Shown here in pieces: positions 1-6,156 of a stretch of DNA of 7,930 nt (position 1 is its first letter; every line of letters starts with the position of its first letter). The stretch is from the IMG/VR virus record IMGVR_UViG_2654587569_000015; one strand, 5' to 3'. The notes under the pieces were generated by a model, which searched no databases, was not told the origin of the DNA, and was given only the letters and a program-made list of their open reading frames with translations. The position numbers and the translations under genes are program-made. This DNA is from a virus. Lineage: Duplodnaviria > Heunggongvirae > Uroviricota > Caudoviricetes.

Positions 1-696
1 ATGAAAAAGGAAATACTCAAGGCTCTTTGCCCTACATGCGGTGGGTTACGTAACTGCACTGTGCATGGGAAGCTAACCACTAGCTGGGAGGATTCCCAAT
101 ATCCAGTTTATGGGTACCATTACCATCACCTACTCCAATGCAATGGCTGTGATACTGTCTTCTATCACCACAACGAACACTTCAGTGAGCATACTACCCA
201 CGAATATCGTGATGGTGAATTTGTAGAAACGCCTATAGATATGATCACTACCTATCCTGCCGCTGAAACATTTCAAGCTCCGATATGGTTATCCAAGCTT
301 GAATCAGTTGATCGTCAGCTCTTTCAAATATTTAATGAAATGTATTCTTCATATACTTCTGACCATTTCATTCTTTCGTCCATCGGTTTACGGACGATTT
401 TTGATCGAACTGCTGAACTGTTACAAATTCACCCCGGTTTGCCGCTTGGTGAAAAAGTTGAAAAATTAAAACAAGATGGAGTCATAGGCGACACTGAGGC
501 ATGCGTTATATCTTCAGTAATTGATGCAGGAAACGCCGCCGCACATCGCAGTTGGAGCCCGAATAAAAGTGAGTTCGAACAAATGCTAGAAGCTATAGAA
601 AGTTTTGTCCAAAGAACTATCTTGGGCAAAAGATCACTTGAACATATAACCAAACAACTCCCACCTCGGGTTACAAGACCTAAAAATAATGCATAA
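1..696 (+). CDS. Hypothetical cargo protein: N-terminal Cys/His-rich zinc-ribbon-like region plus C-terminal alpha-helical domain with GNAAAH motif (DUF4145-/HEPN-like by memory only); candidate defence or anti-defence moron
   Basis: Uninterrupted 231-codon ORF, ATG at 1-3, TAA at 694-696. Two CxxC pairs about 33 residues apart (CPTC ... CNGC), flanked by His-rich stretches, consistent with a zinc ribbon. Residues ~95-215 are helix-prone and contain VIDAGNAAAHRSW. GC content by eye is roughly 40-45%, against roughly 55-65% in the adjacent baseplate genes. Upstream context and RBS are not visible because the window starts at the ATG. Function is inferred, not demonstrated. Confidence 0.7.
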   Translation: MKKEILKALCPTCGGLRNCTVHGKLTTSWEDSQYPVYGYHYHHLLQCNGCDTVFYHHNEHFSEHTTHEYRDGEFVETPIDMITTYPAAETFQAPIWLSKLESVDRQLFQIFNEMYSSYTSDHFILSSIGLRTIFDRTAELLQIHPGLPLGEKVEKLKQDGVIGDTEACVISSVIDAGNAAAHRSWSPNKSEFEQMLEAIESFVQRTILGKRSLEHITKQLPPRVTRPKNNA

Positions 697-722
697 TCCG
701 CGATCATCAATATGGCGTAAGG

Positions 723-1280
723 TTATGGTTTACTTGCTACAGGGAATTTTTTATACACCGTTGAAATACCCAGATCATAAATCAGTGCGACTTGCTGCTG
801 ATATATTCCCGATTCAATCAACCTGCCAGCCTGCTCCCATTGTTCTACTGTCAGCTTTGGCTTTCGTCCACCGTTCCTCCCTTCTTGTCGTGCTGCGGCA
901 AAGCCCGCCCTAGTAAGTTCGACAATAAGCTCTCGCTCCATTTCAGCCAAGGCACCCATCACATGAAAGAAAAAGCGCCCCATTGGTGTGCTGGTATCAA
1001 TAGCATCCGTCAGGCTGCGAAAATTAACGCCACATTCGCGCAACTCCTCAACCAGAATGACCAGATGCCGCATACTACACCCCAGCCGATCCAGCTTCCA
1101 GACAACCAGAGTGTCACCTGCCGATAATGTCCTGAGCAGTTTTTTCAGTCCCGGCCTTTCGGACTTTGTACCGCTTATCTTGTCTTCAAAAATCAGCTCG
1201 CATCCTGCACAGTTCAGCGCATTACGTTGTAGATCTGTGTTCTGGTCATTTGTTGACACACGTACATAGCCAATAAGCAT
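723..1280 (-). CDS. pin: Gin/Pin/Hin/Cin-family serine DNA invertase
   Basis: Translation from the ATG at 1280 begins MLIGYVRVSTNDQNTDLQRNAL, the N-terminus typical of Gin/Pin/Hin invertases, with the Ser nucleophile in the YVRVS motif, GRFFFHVMGALAEMEREL, and a C-terminal helix-turn-helix (QVALIYDLGISTVYKKF). SD-like GGGAGA lies about 8 nt upstream of the 1280 ATG. The longer track ORF (start 1316, MASFLL...) is rejected as the start. Stop TAA at 725-723. The symbol is a family-level guess; Pin and Gin cannot be told apart without alignment. Confidence 0.9.
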   Translation of the reverse strand: MLIGYVRVSTNDQNTDLQRNALNCAGCELIFEDKISGTKSERPGLKKLLRTLSAGDTLVVWKLDRLGCSMRHLVILVEELRECGVNFRSLTDAIDTSTPMGRFFFHVMGALAEMERELIVELTRAGFAAARQEGRNGGRKPKLTVEQWEQAGRLIESGIYQQQVALIYDLGISTVYKKFPVASKP

Positions 1281-1334
1281 GGTAGATCTCCCTGACAAAA
1301 GCAGGAATGATGCCATTTGCTCGTTATTTCTGCA

Positions 1335-1360
1335 TTTTCATAAACGTTGGTTTGGGAGAA
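1335..1360. repeat. gix/hix-like recombination crossover site (invertase-proximal boundary of invertible segment)
   Basis: Plus strand reads TTTTCATAAACG-TT-GGTTTGGGAGAA, i.e. two 12-bp half-sites around a 2-bp core. Its reverse complement TTCTCCCAAACCAACGTTTATGAAAA resembles the hixL/gixL consensus as I recall it (TTCTYnnAAACCAAGGTTTTnGAnAA). Positions 1347-1361 are a perfect 15-bp inverted repeat of 3255-3269. Confidence 0.75.
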
Positions 1361-1720
1361 GCGGCAAAGCGGGATGTGGGGACAGGGGAAAATCAGATAC
1401 CGGACATGGCCTCTTTTGCCAGTGGTGATGGATGGATGAAATTACCCAACGGGAAAATCCTGCAATATGGTCGTGGTGCGGTTACGCCGACATTATCGAC
1501 GCAAACAATGAGAATTACATTCAGCATCCCTTTCCCCAAAAAAGCGGACTGCGCCATGCTTACTCATTCTGGTGATGGCGGTGCGCCTTTAGGCGCTGGG
1601 CGAGGGTTCGTGATGACTGCAGAAGGCCCAACGTTAACCGGCTTTAATTCTGCTTACAGAACGTCATCAACCAGTGACACGGTATCGATGAATTACAGTT
1701 GGTGGGCTGTTGGTGAGTAA
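1337..1720 (+). CDS. Silent alternative tail-fibre C-terminal variable segment (S'v-like); lacks its own N-terminus and would be fused to the constant fibre N-terminus only after inversion
   Basis: Open frame reads in phase through the gix site (FINVGLGEAAKRD...) and continues ...SGDGWMKLPNGKILQYGRGAVTP..., typical of phage fibre-tip domains. Stop TAA at 1718-1720, immediately followed by a tfa gene. Frame phasing matches the fibre gene at the other gix site. Confidence 0.65.
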   Translation, partial: FINVGLGEAAKRDVGTGENQIPDMASFASGDGWMKLPNGKILQYGRGAVTPTLSTQTMRITFSIPFPKKADCAMLTHSGDGGAPLGAGRGFVMTAEGPTLTGFNSAYRTSSTSDTVSMNYSWWAVGE

Positions 1721-1740
1721 TTTTATTCAGGGTGATTTAT

Positions 1741-2184
1741 ATGAACGAATATGTTTATAGCGCAAGGCATAATGCTTTTTTCCCTGTGGATATGATTGAT
1801 AAATATAAATCAGAGGGATGGGATTTATCAGACGCTAAGGAAGTAAATCAAAATATTATCAGTGAGTTTATGGCTGAACCGCCACAAGGAAAAATCCGTA
1901 TTGCCGGAGATGATGGGCTGCCTGCGTGGGCAGATATTCCTCTACCCACGTATGAAGAACTTATTGAAATTACTGAATCAGAAAGACAGCTGCTAATTAA
2001 CCAGGCCAACGAATACATGAACAGTAAGCAATGGCCCGGTAAAGCCGCTATTGGTCGTCTGAAAGATGATGAACTGGCGCAATATAATTTGTGGCTGGAT
2101 TATCTGGACGCACTGGAAATGGTCGATACTTCCGGTGCGCCAGATATTGAATGGCCTACGCCTCCGGCAGTTCAGGCCAGATGA
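1741..2184 (+). CDS. Tail fibre assembly protein (alternative chaperone, Mu U'-like / Tfa family)
   Basis: Product of about 147 aa from the ATG at 1741 (MNEYVYSARHNAFFPVDM...). The track's 1732 start is a GTG; the ATG at 1741 has SD-like GGGTGA 6-7 nt upstream. The C-terminus ...LWLDYLDALEMVDTSGAPDIEWPTPP matches the conserved Tfa C-terminal motif also present in the convergent tfa. Stop TGA at 2182-2184. Confidence 0.8.
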   Translation: MNEYVYSARHNAFFPVDMIDKYKSEGWDLSDAKEVNQNIISEFMAEPPQGKIRIAGDDGLPAWADIPLPTYEELIEITESERQLLINQANEYMNSKQWPGKAAIGRLKDDELAQYNLWLDYLDALEMVDTSGAPDIEWPTPPAVQAR

Positions 2185-2758
2185 CATCCGGCGCGGTGCT
2201 GGTATCTGTTGCCGTCACCGCGTCAATGTAATCCAGCACAGCGTTAAGCCGGGTTGTTTCTGCCTGCGTCAGTTTACGTCCGGCCCGCAATTTCAGTTGA
2301 ATCAGACTAATGGAAACCATTGCAGCATCAATCAGCGACTGCCGCTGTGTTTCTGCCATGTCTACTGCTGCTCTATGCTGTGCCTCGGTATCCGTCACCC
2401 ATTTCTCACCATCCCATTTATCGTATGGCGTTAACGGGGCGATAGTGGTTGTCTTTTCAGGGTAATCACCCGGAGCTGTGATTTCTTTTGATTCTCCCGT
2501 TTCGGTGTTATAGACAACTTCACCGCGATGGTCTGGCACATATTCCCATGAGTTAAAATCTGCAGAACGGCAGATTGCATAACCAGCTTTATGTGTAACT
2601 GGCGCATCTAAACAAGAACATGCCGGGATACCGACGCCAACCGCAAGATATTCAGTTGATGTGGAAATATATTCCCGCGTTTCACCATCATAATTATAAA
2701 TGGTAATGTCTCCCGCTTTTATAGCAATGAGTTCGTTATTTAATACCGCTTTATTCAT
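2156..2758 (-). CDS. Tail fibre assembly protein (Tfa, Mu U / P2 G-like), currently coupled to the expressed fibre
   Basis: 200-aa product [30 protein letters not shown]... with C-terminal ...LNAVLDYIDAVTATDTSTAPDVIWPELPEA, the Tfa family signature. Its start overlaps the fibre stop (TGATG at 2760-2756), indicating translational coupling. Confidence 0.85.
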   Translation of the reverse strand: MNKAVLNNELIAIKAGDITIYNYDGETREYISTSTEYLAVGVGIPACSCLDAPVTHKAGYAICRSADFNSWEYVPDHRGEVVYNTETGESKEITAPGDYPEKTTTIAPLTPYDKWDGEKWVTDTEAQHRAAVDMAETQRQSLIDAAMVSISLIQLKLRAGRKLTQAETTRLNAVLDYIDAVTATDTSTAPDVIWPELPEA

Positions 2759-3558
2759 CAGGCAGCCCTCACGATATAATTAAAGGCAATGTTACGAGGA
2801 CGGTTTTCGTTTGCAGTTGGAACAATTCTTGAAGCATCAAGGCCAATCACTTTTGGGTAAACAGCGCCGTCTGCTCTTTCTGTCACCATACTTCTGGTTA
2901 AGGAGAAATAACTATTGTTTGTAGAGGGACTCAATGGCACTATGGCCCCCTTAAACGAGCCTGCTGTTTCCCATATTGAATAATTTTCAGTGTTTACAGT
3001 TCTGAACTCACCATAGATATTACGTATGGCATCGCCCTGAGCTGATAATATTGTTCTCCCCGCATCCGCACTACGCCCATCATCCCAGCCACGAATAAAT
3101 TCACCGCGTAAATCAGGCAATTTATTTGTCGGGTAAGCCTTTGCCAGTTCCGGGTATTCTTCAGCAGAAAAAGCCGCACCATTGCATTTCAGCCAGCCTG
3201 TCGGCGGAGTGGCGGAAGGCCACGGAACAGGCACACCGACAGGTAATGCAGAGCCTTCTCCCAAACCAAGGTTTTCGAGAGCCGTTTTCACCGTGCCATC
3301 CGATTTGATATCACCAAACGGATTCTTGCGGCTTAACAGCAGCGCATGAAGCGCGGTAAGCAACTGGTCGTTTCGCCCCTTCTCCAGGCTGGCACCGGAT
3401 GCCTCCACCACGCCACAAAGCTCTTCCTGCAACATGTCAAAGTAGTCATCATCCAGATCGGTAGCAGGCGTGCCAGTCTGGGGGTTACCACGGGTAAAAC
3501 CGTTCTTACCCGCGCCGAACTTATCCTTCTGCGCGGTTTTAGTGTCTATGCGATGCAT
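2758..3558 (-). CDS. Tail fibre protein (Mu S-like) with tail-collar-type C-terminal receptor-binding domain; residues 1 to ~100 are the constant part, the remainder lies inside the invertible segment
   Basis: 266-aa ORF with GGAG about 8 nt upstream of the ATG at 3558. The C-terminal region contains [22 protein letters not shown]...[15 protein letters not shown], matching the phage tail collar motif as I recall it (W..C(D/N)G....YP.L...LPDLRG). A gix-like site is embedded at codons ~93-101. Confidence 0.85.
   Translation of the reverse strand: MHRIDTKTAQKDKFGAGKNGFTRGNPQTGTPATDLDDDYFDMLQEELCGVVEASGASLEKGRNDQLLTALHALLLSRKNPFGDIKSDGTVKTALENLGLGEGSALPVGVPVPWPSATPPTGWLKCNGAAFSAEEYPELAKAYPTNKLPDLRGEFIRGWDDGRSADAGRTILSAQGDAIRNIYGEFRTVNTENYSIWETAGSFKGAIVPLSPSTNNSYFSLTRSMVTERADGAVYPKVIGLDASRIVPTANENRPRNIAFNYIVRAA
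3256..3281. repeat. gix/hix-like recombination crossover site (invertase-distal boundary, inside the tail-fibre gene)
   Basis: Plus strand reads TTCTCCCAAACC-AA-GGTTTTCGAGAG. The inner half-site is identical to the inner half-site of the 1335-1360 site in inverted orientation, and the core dinucleotides are compatible (AA/TT). The site lies in frame within the fibre CDS at the constant/variable junction ([10 protein letters not shown]). Confidence 0.75.
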
Positions 3559-3562
3559 GGGA

Positions 3563-4147
3563 TTACTCCGGATATTTAAAAATTACGTAGGTATGCGACG
3601 GGCAGAGTTTGTTAAGCACACACTCGACAACGGTGTCACCCCAGATACGCAGTGCGGAATCACAGGGATCGCCACATGTCATCCAGGTGGTGTTGGTGGC
3701 GGCTGGCATGTTGACCTGCCAGTAATACCGCCATTCCGGCGCATTCACCGCGTCAGTACAGGCCGATGAGCAGGTGAACGTGCTTTTGTCGTATCGCGTG
3801 ATGGTAGCGTCTGGTCTGCCCAGGGCAGCAAGCTGTGCAAGATAAAAATTCTCGTTGATGCCGCCCGCCAGGTTAACCTTCGCATCCAGCCGTTGCTGAC
3901 GCTGGCGAAGGGTCTGTGTCCCTGCGGGAATACATTCATCCGGCAGACCACACAGACGCTCCCAGCGGTTTATCAGTTCAGTGGTGGTGCGCGGATCCAG
4001 CTCCCGCATCAGGGCATCCGCACGCTGATGAGCGCGGGTTAATGACGGTGCCGCACCGGCAATCGCCGGATCGCTGGCTGACCACGCCGGACCGGGGGGC
4101 AACAGTGCCGACAACAGATGGATGTAATCATCGTTTGTCACGTCCAT
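3563..4147 (-). CDS. Mu gp48-like tail protein (DUF2313 / YmfQ-like)
   Basis: 194-aa [26 protein letters not shown]...; the size, the N-terminal motif and the position between the J-like baseplate gene and the fibre match Mu gp48-type proteins. 4-bp gap to the fibre start. Confidence 0.75.
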   Translation of the reverse strand: MDVTNDDYIHLLSALLPPGPAWSASDPAIAGAAPSLTRAHQRADALMRELDPRTTTELINRWERLCGLPDECIPAGTQTLRQRQQRLDAKVNLAGGINENFYLAQLAALGRPDATITRYDKSTFTCSSACTDAVNAPEWRYYWQVNMPAATNTTWMTCGDPCDSALRIWGDTVVECVLNKLCPSHTYVIFKYPE

Positions 4148-5196
4148 GAAATCGTCCCCAGTACCGCCAGTTCATTTTTTGCAATGGAGATATTGTCCGC
4201 CGGTGCAAGCAACTGATGGCTGTATTCCCCGTTCGCACCGGAAATCGCCTCACTGATACGCGACACCTTCAGTTCTCCCTGCGGATAACCATCACGCAGC
4301 AGGAACGAACGCAACTCGGCGGTGATGGCAGCCCGTATTTCCGGTGTGTCCGGCGTCACGCGGATATGAAAATCCACTTTATGCGCCACCGGCCTGAATA
4401 CATACAAATCAGAGCCTGCTACCGGGGCCAGTGGCTCAATGTGTTGTCTTGCCGCCGTTTCCGTTGATTCTTCCGGAATGGGATTAATCAGGTCACTGCT
4501 GGCAATCATCACACCGACAGTCCCCGTTCCCATCCAGTGGCGGTATGTCCATGCACGGGTAATGCCTGGCACTTCTTTAGCCCAGACAACATAGTCCCCG
4601 TCAGCCCCGCCCTGAGGCGTCCAGTAATACCGCTCAATGACGCGGGCGCGCCACGTTTCCAGCTCTTCAGTATCAAATCCACCTGTCAGAGTGTCTGCCA
4701 CGCCGGAAGACGGCAGACCATTCACCGGCGTGACCAGGATTAATGACGTACCGTCGTCAGCGTTACCGACCGCTCCTGCACTTGAGCAGGCGATCGGCAC
4801 GCGCAGGACAACACCGGAGCTGGTTGCATCGGCAGTTGCCGTGTACTGAACCAGGTCATCGCGCTGAATAACACTCCCGGCGGTCACCTTCAGGCCATCG
4901 CTGACACCTTCCCAGCGCATATACCCGCTGGCAGCCGTGGCCCCCTTGCGCGGACACCGTTTCATCGCAGCATGTCGCGCCAGCCAGGACTCATCGCACA
5001 GGTCAGGCAGCATATTCATTGCCAGATAATCGATGTAACCGTAAACCGTATGCAGCGCCGCCGCATACACCTTTGCCCGCACGTCTTCATCCATGCGCCG
5101 GAGCGTGTCGCTGACGTCCAGCCTGGCGAATAAATCGTTACGGAGCATACTGATATTTTCTGCCAGCGTCGGGCGCTGAAATTCACTGTCCGCCAT
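4138..5196 (-). CDS. Baseplate J-like protein (Mu gp47 / P2 gpJ family)
   Basis: 352-aa ORF whose size and position (upstream of the gp48-like and fibre genes) fit a baseplate wedge J-like protein. Overlaps neighbours by 10 and 14 bp, typical of coupled baseplate operons. Confidence 0.8.
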   Translation of the reverse strand: MADSEFQRPTLAENISMLRNDLFARLDVSDTLRRMDEDVRAKVYAAALHTVYGYIDYLAMNMLPDLCDESWLARHAAMKRCPRKGATAASGYMRWEGVSDGLKVTAGSVIQRDDLVQYTATADATSSGVVLRVPIACSSAGAVGNADDGTSLILVTPVNGLPSSGVADTLTGGFDTEELETWRARVIERYYWTPQGGADGDYVVWAKEVPGITRAWTYRHWMGTGTVGVMIASSDLINPIPEESTETAARQHIEPLAPVAGSDLYVFRPVAHKVDFHIRVTPDTPEIRAAITAELRSFLLRDGYPQGELKVSRISEAISGANGEYSHQLLAPADNISIAKNELAVLGTISWT

Positions 5197-5611
5197 GCGT
5201 TATCGCACTCCACAGATCATCAAAAGAAATCATTACCGGTCCGTCACGACGCCAGAGAGTGATACTGTTACCCAGTTCATTAATCCCGGTGCGGCGGATA
5301 TCCAGATCAATACGGGACACCACGCCGTCATCAATCATCCATTGCAGGCATTCGCGGATATACCCCCTTACCGTCTGCACCAGCTGATTGGTCAGTTTGC
5401 TGCGCTGAAGCAGCCACAGTCGGGAGCCGTAACGGTCATTCTGTACCGCAGGCCAGGTATCCCCCCACCATCCCATCGGGACGTCGGCGTTGTCATCAGG
5501 CTCCGCCCGCCGCCAGGTAAACAGGGAAATCACCACGGCGCGGGTCAGCGGATCCAGCGGTGCGCTGGCGCAGGTGCGTTTACCGTTCACCGTCAGCCAC
5601 AGTTCCATCAT
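5183..5611 (-). CDS. Mu gp46-like baseplate protein
   Basis: 142-aa ORF (MMELWLTVNGK...) in the gp46 position between the gp45-like and J-like genes. GGAGG precedes tandem ATGs at 5611 and 5608, so the start may be either; it overlaps the upstream stop (ATGATG). Confidence 0.75.
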   Translation of the reverse strand: MMELWLTVNGKRTCASAPLDPLTRAVVISLFTWRRAEPDDNADVPMGWWGDTWPAVQNDRYGSRLWLLQRSKLTNQLVQTVRGYIRECLQWMIDDGVVSRIDLDIRRTGINELGNSITLWRRDGPVMISFDDLWSAITHGGQ

Positions 5612-6156
5612 GCCTCCATCGCTTTATCCGGTTTGTCGGTGTTACTGCCCTGACCGTTCTCTCTGTGACGATGCCCGTTATAGGCAAGCCGCATCGCTGA
5701 CATGGTGGTGCCGCCGGAGTCGCACAGGTCTTTCACCTGTCCTGTCACTTCCAGGTCCATTTCAAAACGTGCTTTAGGTGAATTGCGAAACGTGATCGTT
5801 TTACCTGCACCGTCCACCACGATCCCCTCCCGGGTCAGCGTCACGGACTGCCCCTGATCATCATAGACAGCCACCTCACCCGTCTGCAGCCCTTTCAGGC
5901 GGTAGCGCCGGTCCGACACCGTAACAACCACCGCATGAGAACGGTCGCCATCCGGAAACAACACCACCGCTTCCGCACCGCTGTTTGCCCTTGCGGTAAA
6001 ACCGTAGGGTTCAAGATGTTCAACCCCGGCTTTGGGTTCACCGGCAATCAGGGACACATCCACGGTCTGACATTTCGTGGCGGCACTGATGCTTTTCACC
6101 ACTGCCCGCCCAATCAGGCCGAGAAGTTGTCGCTGCATGGCTTCAATCGTCCTCAT
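5608..6156 (-). CDS. Mu gp45-like baseplate assembly / spike protein (gpV-like)
   Basis: 182-aa ORF with a Gly/Val-rich beta-type sequence (GEVAVYDDQGQSVTLTREGIVVDGAGKTITF) typical of gpV/gp45 spike proteins. Start overlaps the stop of the upstream gene at 6156. Confidence 0.75.
   Translation of the reverse strand: MRTIEAMQRQLLGLIGRAVVKSISAATKCQTVDVSLIAGEPKAGVEHLEPYGFTARANSGAEAVVLFPDGDRSHAVVVTVSDRRYRLKGLQTGEVAVYDDQGQSVTLTREGIVVDGAGKTITFRNSPKARFEMDLEVTGQVKDLCDSGGTTMSAMRLAYNGHRHRENGQGSNTDKPDKAMEA

Larger units (their letters stand above)
1335..3281. mobile_element. Invertible tail-fibre host-range segment (analogous to Mu G, P1 C and e14 P segments) containing two alternative fibre-tip plus tfa cassettes in opposite orientation
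   Basis: The segment is bounded by inverted gix-like sites and has an adjacent Gin/Pin-type invertase. Inside are convergent cassettes: silent fibre tip plus tfa on the plus strand, expressed fibre tip plus tfa on the minus strand. Reading frame is preserved across both crossover sites (NVGLGE versus NLGLGE). Confidence 0.75.

Noticed and set aside
1-696. The cargo ORF as a homologue of Mu Mom or e14 McrA
   Set aside because: No HNH-type motif (McrA) and no GNAT-like features (Mom) are visible; only the genomic position is analogous. The coincidence of length with my recollection of Mom is not evidence.
689-1269. Plus-strand ORFs 689-913, 792-1127 and 988-1269 (74-111 aa)
   Set aside because: They lie entirely antisense to the strongly supported invertase CDS, with no RBS and low-complexity Leu/Ser/Pro-rich products, and are most likely shadow ORFs.
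723-1280. Serine recombinase as a transposon resolvase or IS-element transposase
   Set aside because: The N-terminal sequence, the size (~185 aa), and the adjacency to an inverted-repeat-bounded fibre segment identify it as a DNA invertase. No transposase or terminal IS repeats are present in the window.
1281-1316. Longer invertase start at 1316 (MASFLLLSGRST-MLIGY...)
   Set aside because: Family invertases begin at MLIGYVRVS, and a GGGAGA SD precedes the ATG at 1280. The 12-codon extension has no support and would run into the gix/promoter region.
1732-1740. GTG at 1732 as the tfa start (track ORF MIYMNEY...)
   Set aside because: The ATG at 1741 is preceded at appropriate spacing by GGGTGA and gives the MN... 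N-terminus common to Tfa proteins. The GTG start cannot be excluded but is less likely.
2066-2434. 122-aa plus-strand ORF and 1993-2187 minus-strand ORF inside the tfa region
   Set aside because: They are antisense or overlapping within the well-supported tfa genes; Cys/Trp/Arg-rich products typical of out-of-frame translation of coding DNA.
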